Source of the DNA: Phenylobacterium sp.
GTDB lineage: Bacteria; Pseudomonadota; Alphaproteobacteria; Caulobacterales; Caulobacteraceae
Length of the DNA stretch: 41,740 nucleotides
Assembly (NCBI RefSeq): GCF_037138395.1
Contig: NZ_JBAXIM010000001.1
Span: forward strand, 1-41,740
Direction: 5' to 3'
Part shown: positions 27,331 through 36,390 of the stretch, in pieces
Numbering within the stretch: position 1 is the first letter of the stretch
Layout of the letters: the number at the start of each line of letters is the position of its first letter
Notes under the pieces: generated by a model
The model's input: the letters and a program-made list of their open reading frames with translations, nothing else
What the model was told of the DNA's origin: nothing
The model's database searches: none
Made by a program: the position numbers and the translations under genes

Positions 27331-27441
27331 TGCCCCTATCTAGGGCCGCTGGGACGCCGGGGGAATATCCGCCCTGGAACAGACGTCTTCAGGGTGCGTC
27401 GCGAGGGCGGGCGGTGTATGGGGCAAGACAGGAGATCGTCC

Positions 27442-28446
27442 ATGCACCTGGCCCGCTTCCCCCGCGCCCGCTTCGCCCACCTGCCGACGCCCCTGGAGCC
27501 CATGCCGCGCCTGTCCGCTGCGCTTGGCGGCCCGACCCTGTGGGTCAAGCGCGACGACTGCACCGGCCTGGCCGGCGGTGGCAACAAGACCCGCAAGCTC
27601 GAGTTCCTGGTCGGCGAGGCCCTGGAGGCCGGGGCCGACACCCTGGTGACCCAGGGGGCGGTCCAGTCCAACCACGTCCGGCAGGCGGCCGCCGCCGCGG
27701 CCCGGTTCGGGCTCGCCTGCGAGATCATCCTGGAGACCCGGGTGGCGACGGAGGCTGAGGACTACAACCAGTCGGGCAACGTCCTCCTCGACCGGCTACT
27801 GGGCGGGCGGCTGCGCCGGGTCCCGGCCGGGAGCGACATGAACGCGGCTCTTGCGGAGGTGGCGGACGAGGTCCGGGCCCGCGGCGGTCGGCCCTACATC
27901 ATCCCGGGCGGGGGTTCGAATGCGGTCGGGGCCCTGGGCTATGCCGACTGCGCCCGCGAACTCCTGGTCCAGGCTGATGCCCAGGGCCTGAAGATCGACC
28001 GGATCGTCACCGCCACCGGCAGTGCGGGCACCCACGCCGGCCTCATCGCTGGCCTGGCCGCGATCGGTGCGGACATCCCCGTCCACGGCTTTGGCGTTCG
28101 CGCACCCCGGGACCGCCAGGAGGCCAACGTCCACGCCCTGGCCGTCGAGACCGCCGCCCTGCTGGGCTCGGCGGACCGGGTGCGTCGGGAAATGACCGTC
28201 GCTGACTGCGACTATGTTGGCGCGGGCTACGGCATTGCCGACGAGGGGGTCTTCGAGGCCCTGCGCCTTGTTGCCCGCACCGAAGGCCTGCTGCTGGACC
28301 CGGTCTACACCGGCAAGGCCGTGAAGGGGCTCATCGACTATGCCCGCAAGGGTCGCTGGGCCACCGAGACCGTTGTCTTCCTGCATACCGGCGGTGCGCA
28401 GGGCCTGACGGGCTATACATCCGTTCTGGAAGGACATCTCGAATGA
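27442..28446 (+). CDS. D-cysteine desulfhydrase / cysteate sulfo-lyase family PLP enzyme
   Basis: KRDDCTG, GGNKTRKLEFL, QSNH, GSAGTHAG, LDPVYTGK and FLHTGG motifs; ATG at 27442 after AGGAG. Confidence 0.9.
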   Translation: MHLARFPRARFAHLPTPLEPMPRLSAALGGPTLWVKRDDCTGLAGGGNKTRKLEFLVGEALEAGADTLVTQGAVQSNHVRQAAAAAARFGLACEIILETRVATEAEDYNQSGNVLLDRLLGGRLRRVPAGSDMNAALAEVADEVRARGGRPYIIPGGGSNAVGALGYADCARELLVQADAQGLKIDRIVTATGSAGTHAGLIAGLAAIGADIPVHGFGVRAPRDRQEANVHALAVETAALLGSADRVRREMTVADCDYVGAGYGIADEGVFEALRLVARTEGLLLDPVYTGKAVKGLIDYARKGRWATETVVFLHTGGAQGLTGYTSVLEGHLE

Positions 28447-29135
28447 ACCAGGTTCTCGGCGTCCTTGGCGGCATGGGACCCGCCGCAACCCTGGACTTCC
28501 TGGGCAAGCTCCAGGCCCTGACGCCTGCGAACAAGGACCAGGACCACATCCGGGTCATCGTGGACATCAATCCCCAGGTGCCCGACCGAAACGATCCCTT
28601 CGCCCAGGCCGGGCCGGTCCTCGCGGAAATGGCCGGCGGTCTCCAGGGCGCTGGCGCCCAGGTCCTGGCCATCGCCTGCAACACCGCCCACGTCCACGCA
28701 GACCTGATCAGCCGGGCCTCGGGCCTTCCCCTGGTGGACATGATCGAGACCGCCTGCCGGGTGGCCCGGGACACGGGCGCCCGCAGGGCAGGGGTGCTGG
28801 GAACCCGCGACGCCCTCCGGCTCTACCACGAGTACATCGCCGCCCAGGGCATGGGTCTGGTCACCCTGTCCCGGGACGACCAGGCCCGCTTTATGGACCT
28901 GTTGGCGCGGATCAAGGGCGGCGACCTGGGACCCCAGGTCCGGGAGGGCATGGCCACCCTCGCGGAGGCCCTGGTCGCCGAAGGCGCAGAGGCGGTCATC
29001 GCTGGCTGCACGGAAGCGCCCCTGGTGCTCGACCCGGCGGATGTCCGCGTCCAAATGATCGACGCCAGCGAGGAGTTGGCGCGGCGCTGCGTCTCGGTCT
29101 GCCTGGGACTCGAGCCCCTGCCCCAGGGCCGCTGA
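28443..29135 (+). CDS. Aspartate/glutamate-family (PLP-independent) amino acid racemase
   Basis: GVLGGMGPAAT, DQDH, ACNTAH and GCTE (two catalytic Cys); ATGA overlap with the lyase. Confidence 0.9.
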   Translation: MNQVLGVLGGMGPAATLDFLGKLQALTPANKDQDHIRVIVDINPQVPDRNDPFAQAGPVLAEMAGGLQGAGAQVLAIACNTAHVHADLISRASGLPLVDMIETACRVARDTGARRAGVLGTRDALRLYHEYIAAQGMGLVTLSRDDQARFMDLLARIKGGDLGPQVREGMATLAEALVAEGAEAVIAGCTEAPLVLDPADVRVQMIDASEELARRCVSVCLGLEPLPQGR

Positions 29136-29142
29136 GGCCCGC

Positions 29143-29218
29143 GGAACAGGCTCTAACATATTGAAATTAGAGCCTTTTTTCCTTTTCAGACGTTCCGTCT
29201 TAAAGGAACAGGCCCTAG
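29143..29218. repeat. CIR-like intergenic repeat (truncated left arm, AT-rich spacer, full right hairpin)
   Basis: GGAACAGGCTCTA-ACATATTGAAAT-TAGAGCCTTTTTTCCTTT-TC-AGACG-TTC-CGTCT-T-AAAGGAACAGGCCCTAG. The spacer's minus strand TTTCAATATGTTA resembles the IHF consensus WATCAANNNNTTR. Confidence 0.6.
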
Positions 29219-29616
29219 GGCTTCAGCTTCTTGGGCAGGGCTGCGGCCTGTTCGGGGGTCAGCCGCTCGATCGACTTGATGATGCAGCGCCGGGACATGG
29301 GTCCGGCCACGCCGAGGTTCAGGTCCATGGGCTTGCAGATCTGGCTGGAGGCGCCGAGGGGCTCCAGAACCAGGGGGTCCGAAGTGGTCACACCCGCGAG
29401 GCACGACCCGCTGAAGGTAAACTTATAGACCTCCTTCCGGCGCACGGAATAGTAGAGGGTGTCCGAAGAAGCGATTGTGTGTCCGCCAAGGTCGCTCAGG
29501 CGAAAGCAGGGTGTAGAGGCGCGGGCGGGATCTGCCGGCGCTGCGGGCGCGGCTGAGGAAGCCGCGGGCGCGGCTGCCAGGGTGGCCAGGGCAAGGACGG
29601 CGGCTCGGAACATCAT
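29215..29616 (-). CDS. Small secreted protein with four Cys (DUF6491-like hypothetical)
   Basis: Signal peptide, Ala/Pro linker and C...C...IC...RC pattern; GGAG RBS upstream. Confidence 0.65.
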   Translation of the reverse strand: MMFRAAVLALATLAAAPAASSAAPAAPADPARASTPCFRLSDLGGHTIASSDTLYYSVRRKEVYKFTFSGSCLAGVTTSDPLVLEPLGASSQICKPMDLNLGVAGPMSRRCIIKSIERLTPEQAAALPKKLKP

Positions 29617-29765
29617 TTTTTGGTATCTACTCCGGTCAGGTCAGCGGCGATCCCCAGCCAAGGACTAATCTCGCCCCTCACCTCCCGTTACGTCAAGTCG
29701 AAGGTGCCGTTTCCTCGTCAGTCCAGGGCTGGCGGCGGCGGGGAGCCCTAGGTTAGGTTCGGGAC

Positions 29766-31559
29766 ATGACCGCTCATGTTTCCCCCGACACCCTTCCCAT
29801 CTGGCGTCTTGATGACCTCTACGCTGGCCGGGAAGATCCCCGCATCGACGCCGATTTTGATGCCGCCGCCGCCGCCAACGCCGAACTGCTCACCCTGGAG
29901 GGGCGGTTGGTGGGTTCACGGTCCGATCCCGCCGCCCTGGGCGGGCTCCTGGACCAGGGGGTCCGGCTCCATGAGGCGGCCTCCAACGCGCTCTGGCGCA
30001 TCGGGGCCTTCGCCGGCCTGGCGGCGTCTACGGCCCGGGATGATCCAGACTGGGCGCGCTTCGAGGCGGATATCCGGACCCGGTCGGCTGGGATCGGCGC
30101 CGAGAGCCTGTTCTTCACCCTCGAGATCAACCAGTTGGAGGACGCCGAGATCGAGGCCGCCCTGGCGGCGTCATCCGATGCCGCGCGCTGGCGACCCTGG
30201 CTGCGCCGGGTGCGGGCCTTCCGGCCGCATGAACTCTCGGCGGACCTGGAGCGCATTCTGGTCGACCGGGGCCCGGCGGTGGCCAACTGGACCCGGCTCT
30301 ACGATGAGACCCTGGCCCGGATGAAGGTGCGGGCGGGCCGGCGTCGGCTGACCCTGCCGGAGGCGCTGAACGCCCTTTCCGACCCGAACCCGGAAGAGCG
30401 CCGGAGGGTGGCCTCGGGCCTGTCCTCCGCCCTCGCCGAGTCGGGACCGACCCTGGCCCTGGCCCTCAACACCCTGGCCTTCGAGAAGCAGGTCGAGGAT
30501 CGCTGGCGGCGGTATCCGGATCCGGTGGCGGGCCGCCACCTTGGCAATGAGGTCGACCCCGAGGCCGTCCACGCCCTCGAAACAGCGGTTTCATCAGGCT
30601 ATGCCCGGGTCAGCCATCGCTACTACCGCCTGAAGGCGAAGGTGATGGGGCGGACCGCCCTGGATCACTGGGACCGCAATGCGCCCCTGGACTCCGTCGC
30701 GCCCCGGACCTGGACCTGGCCCGAGGCGCGCGCAATCGTCGAGGCCAGCTTCCGGGACCTGGCGCCCCGGTTCGCGGACGGGACCCGCGACCTCTTCGAA
30801 CAGCCCTGGATCGACGCCCGGCCCCGCCCGGGCAAGCAGTCGGGCGCCTATTCCCACCCGGTGATCGCGCCGCACCATCCCTATGTCTTCCTGAACTATA
30901 TGGGCGAGCGCCGGGATGTCCTGACCCTGGCCCACGAGCTGGGCCACGCTGTCCACCAGCGCCTCTGCGCCCCGCTGGGCACCCTGCTGGCCGACACGCC
31001 CCTGACCCTGGCGGAGACCGCCTCTATCTTCGGCGAGGGGCTGGTCTTCGAGCGTCTCCTGGCAGAGGCGGGGCCGGCGGAAAGGCGGGGCCTGCTGGCC
31101 GGGCAGATCGAGGACGGCCTGAACACAGTCGTCCGGCAGATGGCCTTCCACCAGTTCGAGACCCGGTTCCACGCCGCCCGTCTCAATGGCGAGCTGTCCC
31201 CCGAGGCGATCGGCGGGCTCTGGCTGGAGGTGATGGGCGAAAGCCTTGGCCCGGCGGTGCGGCTGAACGCCGGATACGAGCACTACTGGGGCTATATCAG
31301 CCACTTCGTGCACTCGCCCTTCTATGTCTACGCCTACGCCTTCGGCGACCTGCTCGTCCGGTCCCTCATGGAAAGGCGCCGGGAGGACCCGGTGGCCTTC
31401 GTGCCCCTCTACGAGGACCTGCTGGCGTCCGGGGGAACCCGGACCTGTGCCGAAGCCCTGGCGCGTTTTGGTCTCGACCCCCGGGACCCGGACTTCTGGG
31501 CGGCGGGCGTGCGCCAGCTTGAGCGCCAGGTTGACGCCTTCGAGGCTCTGGTGGGCTGA
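29766..31559 (+). CDS. pepF: M3B oligoendopeptidase F
   Basis: WRLDDLY, GKQSGAYS, TLAHELGH, LAETAS and HFVHSPFYVYAYAFG motifs. Confidence 0.92.
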   Translation: MTAHVSPDTLPIWRLDDLYAGREDPRIDADFDAAAAANAELLTLEGRLVGSRSDPAALGGLLDQGVRLHEAASNALWRIGAFAGLAASTARDDPDWARFEADIRTRSAGIGAESLFFTLEINQLEDAEIEAALAASSDAARWRPWLRRVRAFRPHELSADLERILVDRGPAVANWTRLYDETLARMKVRAGRRRLTLPEALNALSDPNPEERRRVASGLSSALAESGPTLALALNTLAFEKQVEDRWRRYPDPVAGRHLGNEVDPEAVHALETAVSSGYARVSHRYYRLKAKVMGRTALDHWDRNAPLDSVAPRTWTWPEARAIVEASFRDLAPRFADGTRDLFEQPWIDARPRPGKQSGAYSHPVIAPHHPYVFLNYMGERRDVLTLAHELGHAVHQRLCAPLGTLLADTPLTLAETASIFGEGLVFERLLAEAGPAERRGLLAGQIEDGLNTVVRQMAFHQFETRFHAARLNGELSPEAIGGLWLEVMGESLGPAVRLNAGYEHYWGYISHFVHSPFYVYAYAFGDLLVRSLMERRREDPVAFVPLYEDLLASGGTRTCAEALARFGLDPRDPDFWAAGVRQLERQVDAFEALVG

Positions 31560-31578
31560 CGCGCCGGTCCGACAGGCC

Positions 31579-32937
31579 CTAGCGGTGCTTGTAGGCGGGT
31601 GGCAGGGGCGTTCCGAGATCCAGGTAGCGGTCCCTGAGCTCCGTCTGGCGGGTGGTCAGGGACTGGGCCTGGCCGCGGATGTAGACGGCCCGGGCGGTGG
31701 TCAGCGGCTCAAAGGGGTCGCCAGACCAGACCACGAGGTCCGCATCCTTGCCCGGTTCGAGGCTTCCGGTCCGGTCGCCGACGCCAAACATCCGCGCGGG
31801 ATTGAGGGTCACCGCCGCCAGGGCCGCGTCCCAGGGCAGGCCCCAGGCCACGGCGGTTCCAGCGGCGTAACGGGTCTCGCGCGCCCGATGGGCCGCGCCC
31901 TCGGGGGCCGTGAGGGCCACGGTCACTCCGGCAGCCTGGAGGCGTGCCGCGTTCTCCAGGGTCGAGCCGAGGACCTCGAAACTCTCAGGCCTGTCGGCGT
32001 AGGGATAGAGGATGACCGGGACCCCGGCCCGGGCGATGTCCGCCGCTGCCATCCAGCCTTCCTCGGCACCCTCGAGGATGACCTTGAGTTTTTCTTCCCT
32101 GGCCAGCTTGAGCACCGCGCGGATGTCTGCCTCCTTATGGACCCGGGCGATGAGCGGGGTCCGCCCCTGCACCACGGGCACCAGGGCCTCGAGGTCCGCC
32201 CGGGACAGGCCGAGCTCGCGATAGCTTCCGCGCTCCCAGGCTGACCGGTTGGCTGCATAGGCCCGCACATCGGTGAAAACGGACTTCAGGGCGGCGATCT
32301 GCGCCCCCCGGGCGCCACCAGCGGCGCGGGCGCCAGTATTGCCGAAGGCCACGACCTCCCCGATCCCGCCGCGCACCACCATGTCGTCGGAGCCATCGAG
32401 CCGGATGACTGCGCCCTGGCCGGCGAACAGGGTGTTGGGCCGAGGGCCCTGGCCGCCGCCGGCCGTCATGCGCTCGCCGGCGACGTCGCCTTCACCCTCG
32501 TGGTACTCATAGCCTCCGCCCGCCGGTTGGGGCAGGACCACGGCGCTGGTCAGGCCGCCCGTCCGCGCCACCGGGATCAGGGTCGAGGCTGGATCGAGGC
32601 CATCGCGGATGTCGAAGGCGGCGCCGATCTGGGGATTGTCCACCGACAGGTCGTCGCCCAGGGCGCTGATCTCCACCGCTCCCAACAGGCTTCCTGTGGC
32701 GAAGAGGCCAGGGGTGATGACCGCGCCTGAGGCGTCGATGACCCGGGCACCCGCAGGCGGTGACCCCTTGCCGACCGAGACGATCTTTCCGTCGCGGACG
32801 ACGAGGACCCCTGGGTCCAGGGTTCCGGCCGGTCCGGCGGTGACGATGCGGGCACCCGTGAAGGCGACGGTTTCGGCCGCTGCTGGGACAGCGGAAGCCA
32901 GGGCAAGGGCGGTGGCGAGGCGAACTAGACGGCGCAT
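31579..32937 (-). CDS. Secreted amidohydrolase-family protein lacking the HxH motif
   Basis: Amidohydrolase beta-sandwich (IDASGAVITPGL) and TLNPARMFG...GSLEPGKDADLVVW, but PGLFATGSLLG stands where the metal HxH is expected. Confidence 0.82.
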   Translation of the reverse strand: MRRLVRLATALALASAVPAAAETVAFTGARIVTAGPAGTLDPGVLVVRDGKIVSVGKGSPPAGARVIDASGAVITPGLFATGSLLGAVEISALGDDLSVDNPQIGAAFDIRDGLDPASTLIPVARTGGLTSAVVLPQPAGGGYEYHEGEGDVAGERMTAGGGQGPRPNTLFAGQGAVIRLDGSDDMVVRGGIGEVVAFGNTGARAAGGARGAQIAALKSVFTDVRAYAANRSAWERGSYRELGLSRADLEALVPVVQGRTPLIARVHKEADIRAVLKLAREEKLKVILEGAEEGWMAAADIARAGVPVILYPYADRPESFEVLGSTLENAARLQAAGVTVALTAPEGAAHRARETRYAAGTAVAWGLPWDAALAAVTLNPARMFGVGDRTGSLEPGKDADLVVWSGDPFEPLTTARAVYIRGQAQSLTTRQTELRDRYLDLGTPLPPAYKHR

Positions 32938-34379
32938 CAGCGGACTCCCTCGCCAGGTTGGCCAAGATCGAAGTCGGACCGCGGCTGGTAGCGCGGGTCC
33001 CGGCGGTCCCAGGTCAGGGCCCCGTCGATGAAGACCTTTTCCGTCCGGGCGTAGACCGAGAAGGGATCATGGTCCCAGATGACGATGTCGGCGCGCTTGC
33101 CGGGCTCCAGGGTGCCGGTCTGGTCGAGGACGCCCAGGGCCTTGGCCGGGTTGGCGGTGATCCAGCGGATGGCCTCGGCCTCGGAGATCTGCAGTCCGGC
33201 GGCCCGTCCGGCGGCCAGGGCCACGGCGGCTTCCTGGTTCAGCCTCTGGGTAAGGTCCGGGTCGTCCGACTTGATGATGCCGCAGCCCTTGGCCGCATGG
33301 ATCAGGGCTACGTTGGCCTCGACCGAGTCGTACATCTCCAGCTTGGCACCCCACCAGCCGGCCCAGGTGGCCACGCAGATGTCGTTGGCCGCCAGCAGGT
33401 CGGCGATCTTGTAGGCCTCCACGGCGTGGTGGAAGGCGGTGATCCGGTAGCCGAACTCCTTGGCGATATCGATCATGATCGCCATCTCGTCGGCCCGGTA
33501 GCAGTGGTTCTCGACCAGGATCTCGCCGCGCAGGACGCCGGCCAGGGTGTCGAGCCCGAGGTCCCGGCGGGGCGGATCAGCCTTTTCTCCGCGCCCTACC
33601 TTCGCCCGGTAGTCATCCCATTTCCGGACGTAGTCCGCGGCCTCGATCCAGGCGGCGCGGTAACCGGCGACGTTACCCATCCGGGTGGAGGGCGCCCGGC
33701 CCCTGGACCCGTAGACACGCTTTGGGTTCTCGCCGCAGGCCATCTTCAGCGTGTAGGGCGCGCCGGGGAACTTCATGCCCTGCACGGTGCGAGAGGGAAC
33801 GTTGCGTAGGGTCACCCCACGGCCGCCGATCAGGTTGCCCGATCCCGGCAGGATCAGGACGGTGGTCACGCCGCCGATCCTGGCGGTGTTGAATCCGGGG
33901 TCCTGGGGCCAGACGGAGTGCTCCGCCCAGACCTGGGGGGTCGTTGGGCTGGTCATTTCGTTGCCGTCGGAGTGCGCCGCCACGGCGGGCGAGGCGTAGA
34001 CGCCCAGATGAGAATGGGTGTCAATTAGGCCGGGCGTGACCCACTTGCCCCGGGCGTCGACGGTTGTCACGCCAGCCGGGACCGTGAGGCCCTCGCCCAC
34101 CGCCTCGATCCGCCCGTCGCGCACCAGGACGGTGGCGTTGTCCAGGGCCTGGCCGGTTCCCGTCAGGGCGCGGGCACCGACGATGGCGAAGGCCGCCGAG
34201 GGCAGGGGCCTGTAGGTCGAGGGAAAGGCATCGGGCCGCACACCTGGGTCCAGTCCGGCTGGCAGGGGCTTGGCAGCGGCGGCCTTGGCCTCCGCCTTTG
34301 GGGTCGGGCCCTTCGTCGTGGCGCAGGCCGAGAGGGCCAGGGCGGCCAGTCCGACCGCCAGCACACCGGATCTCAACAT
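32937..34379 (-). CDS. Amidohydrolase-family lipoprotein
   Basis: LSAC lipobox; PGLIDTHSHLG, KMACGENPK, HCYRAD, FHHAVE, SDD and GTLEPGKRAD motifs. Confidence 0.9.
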   Translation of the reverse strand: MLRSGVLAVGLAALALSACATTKGPTPKAEAKAAAAKPLPAGLDPGVRPDAFPSTYRPLPSAAFAIVGARALTGTGQALDNATVLVRDGRIEAVGEGLTVPAGVTTVDARGKWVTPGLIDTHSHLGVYASPAVAAHSDGNEMTSPTTPQVWAEHSVWPQDPGFNTARIGGVTTVLILPGSGNLIGGRGVTLRNVPSRTVQGMKFPGAPYTLKMACGENPKRVYGSRGRAPSTRMGNVAGYRAAWIEAADYVRKWDDYRAKVGRGEKADPPRRDLGLDTLAGVLRGEILVENHCYRADEMAIMIDIAKEFGYRITAFHHAVEAYKIADLLAANDICVATWAGWWGAKLEMYDSVEANVALIHAAKGCGIIKSDDPDLTQRLNQEAAVALAAGRAAGLQISEAEAIRWITANPAKALGVLDQTGTLEPGKRADIVIWDHDPFSVYARTEKVFIDGALTWDRRDPRYQPRSDFDLGQPGEGVR

Positions 34380-34491
34380 TCCGACTGCCCCCCAAGAACT
34401 TCAGGAGCCCCCTATCAATCATGTGCCGGCGCCCCCGCCAAGCCGGAAGGCGCTTGCCATTTTCCGGGGCTCCTTTAGTCACCCCATCGCT

Positions 34492-34962
34492 ATGTCCGAT
34501 GACCTGACAGAAGGCCCTACGGCCGTTGTGCCCGACGGCTTCGTGATCAATCTCTGGCAGCACGGCTTCGGCCGCACGGTCGGGCCCTTCTATTCGCGCC
34601 GTGATCCGGAGACGAATCTCGAGGTCCTGGCCTTCCGGGTCGAGGGCCATCACGCCAACGGCATGAACAACTGCCACGGCGGCATGCTGATGAGCTTCGC
34701 TGACATGGCCTGGGGCCGGGTGATCTCCAACCAGCGCGAGATGGGCTGGGTGACGGTCCGCCTGGTGACCGACTTCATGGGTCCGGGACTGATGGGCAAC
34801 TGGGTCGAGGGGACCAGCGAAATCCTCGCGGAGGACGGCGATATCTTTACTGTTGCGGGGCGGATCTGGTCGGGTGACCGGATACTGATGACCGGCACCG
34901 GGGTATACAAGGGCATCCGGTCTATCCGCCGAAAAGCGGGCTACCGGGAGGCGCAGGAGTAG
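34492..34962 (+). CDS. PaaI-family hot-dog thioesterase
   Basis: HANGMNNCHGGMLMSFAD motif; ATG at 34492. Confidence 0.85.
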   Translation: MSDDLTEGPTAVVPDGFVINLWQHGFGRTVGPFYSRRDPETNLEVLAFRVEGHHANGMNNCHGGMLMSFADMAWGRVISNQREMGWVTVRLVTDFMGPGLMGNWVEGTSEILAEDGDIFTVAGRIWSGDRILMTGTGVYKGIRSIRRKAGYREAQE

Positions 34963-34965
34963 AAC

Positions 34966-36027
34966 ATGCCGATCGATCCCGCGATCAAGGAAGGCGCGCC
35001 CGTCGGGTATTACGACGACCGCCCGATACACACCGAACCGGGGGCGTTGCCGCCAGAGGTCCAGGCACCGCTCGCCCCCTTCCGCGGCGGGGAGCCGGAC
35101 TCCCCCGAATGGTTCCGGAACGCCCTGGCCCAGGCACCGGAGCGCAGTCATGTGGAGTCCCTCGGCGCCCGGATCGAGATGCTGGTCTGGGGACAGCGGG
35201 GCAAGCCCGGCCTGCTCCTGGTGCATGGCAACTCCGCCCACGCCGACTGGTGGAGCTTCATCGCCCCCTTTCTCGCCCAGGATTTCCGGGTGGCCTCAAT
35301 GTCCCTGGCGGGCATGGGCGATTCGGATTGGCGCGAGACCTACGCCTTCCAGGACTTTGCCACCGACGCGGAGGCTGTGGCCCAGGCCGCGGGGCTCTAC
35401 GAAGCTGGAAAGCCGATCTATATCGGCCATTCCTTCGGCGGCTCGCAGGTCTTCTTCGCCGCCGCCAGTCATCCCGAACGCATGCGGGCCGCCATCCTGG
35501 TGGACACGGGTTTCGGCGGGCCGCCCCCGGACTCCGCCGAAGGCAAGCGCATGGCCGAGCGCATGGCCGAGCAGGTCCGGAACATCCCAACGGGCGACCG
35601 GGCCCAGCGGGTCTATCCCAGCCTGGAAGAGGCCCTGTCCCGATTCCGCCTCATGCCTCCACAGGTGGCCGGCAACCTCTTCATCGCGGACTACATCGCC
35701 CGCCAGTCCCTGAAGAAGGTGACCAAGCCGGACGGCTCGGAGGGCTGGAGCTGGCGCTTCGACCCCAACATGTGGGCCAAGCTCGACCGTGGGTTGATGA
35801 GCGGGATGATGGGCGGCGGTCCCCCCCAGGTCGCTATCCCCCTGGTCCATATCTATGGCGACCGTTCGGCCATCATCAGCCGTCGGAAAGAGGGCGGACC
35901 CTCGCCCCTGCCGCCCCAGACCCTGGAGATCGCCATTCCGGACTCCGCCCACCACATCATGATCGACCAACCCCTGGCGCTGATTTCGGCACTCCGCGGC
36001 CTTCTGGCGGTCTGGCCCGGTGCCTGA
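34966..36027 (+). CDS. Alpha/beta fold hydrolase
   Basis: HGNSAH, GMGDS, GHSFGG nucleophile elbow, WRFDP and AHHIMIDQP motifs. Confidence 0.9.
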   Translation: MPIDPAIKEGAPVGYYDDRPIHTEPGALPPEVQAPLAPFRGGEPDSPEWFRNALAQAPERSHVESLGARIEMLVWGQRGKPGLLLVHGNSAHADWWSFIAPFLAQDFRVASMSLAGMGDSDWRETYAFQDFATDAEAVAQAAGLYEAGKPIYIGHSFGGSQVFFAAASHPERMRAAILVDTGFGGPPPDSAEGKRMAERMAEQVRNIPTGDRAQRVYPSLEEALSRFRLMPPQVAGNLFIADYIARQSLKKVTKPDGSEGWSWRFDPNMWAKLDRGLMSGMMGGGPPQVAIPLVHIYGDRSAIISRRKEGGPSPLPPQTLEIAIPDSAHHIMIDQPLALISALRGLLAVWPGA

Positions 36028-36115
36028 GCCCGACCTCACCGGCGGACTTGAGCGGCGCGGCTGGAGCGTGTAACCCCCCGTCCACAGACCCTGTATCGGA
36101 ACAAGAGAGTCCCGA

Positions 36116-36346
36116 ATGCCCTCCGAATATCATCACGGCGACATGGATATCAGCGAGCAGGCCGCCACCTATGGCGGCTTCATGGTCGTCACCAAGTGGG
36201 GCTCCCTGGCGATCGCCGCCCTGCTGGTCCTGCTGGTCCTCTGGTTCTGCACCCCCGCCGGCTTCCTGGCGGGCCTAGGCGCGTCCCTGGCCCTGACTGT
36301 GATCGGCATTGTCGTTCTTCGGGAAAAGCCCGACGCGGCGCATTAG
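36116..36346 (+). CDS. ctaH: aa3-type cytochrome c oxidase subunit IV
   Basis: HGDMDISEQAATYGGF motif followed by hydrophobic helices. Confidence 0.8.
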   Translation: MPSEYHHGDMDISEQAATYGGFMVVTKWGSLAIAALLVLLVLWFCTPAGFLAGLGASLALTVIGIVVLREKPDAAH

Positions 36347-36390
36347 GGTCGGGCTGAGCCTGTACCATCATCGGGAGACCGGAACGACCT

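Noticed and set aside
26557-27441. Apparent 629-aa fusion upstream of the D-cysteine desulfhydrase-like gene
   Set aside because: The upstream part is antisense to the ABC ATPase; the real start is ATG 27442 with an AGGAG RBS.
27442-28446. Annotation as ACC deaminase
   Set aside because: LDPVYTGK lacks the ACC-deaminase Glu (TDPVYEGK), and HTGG lacks the Leu (HLGG).
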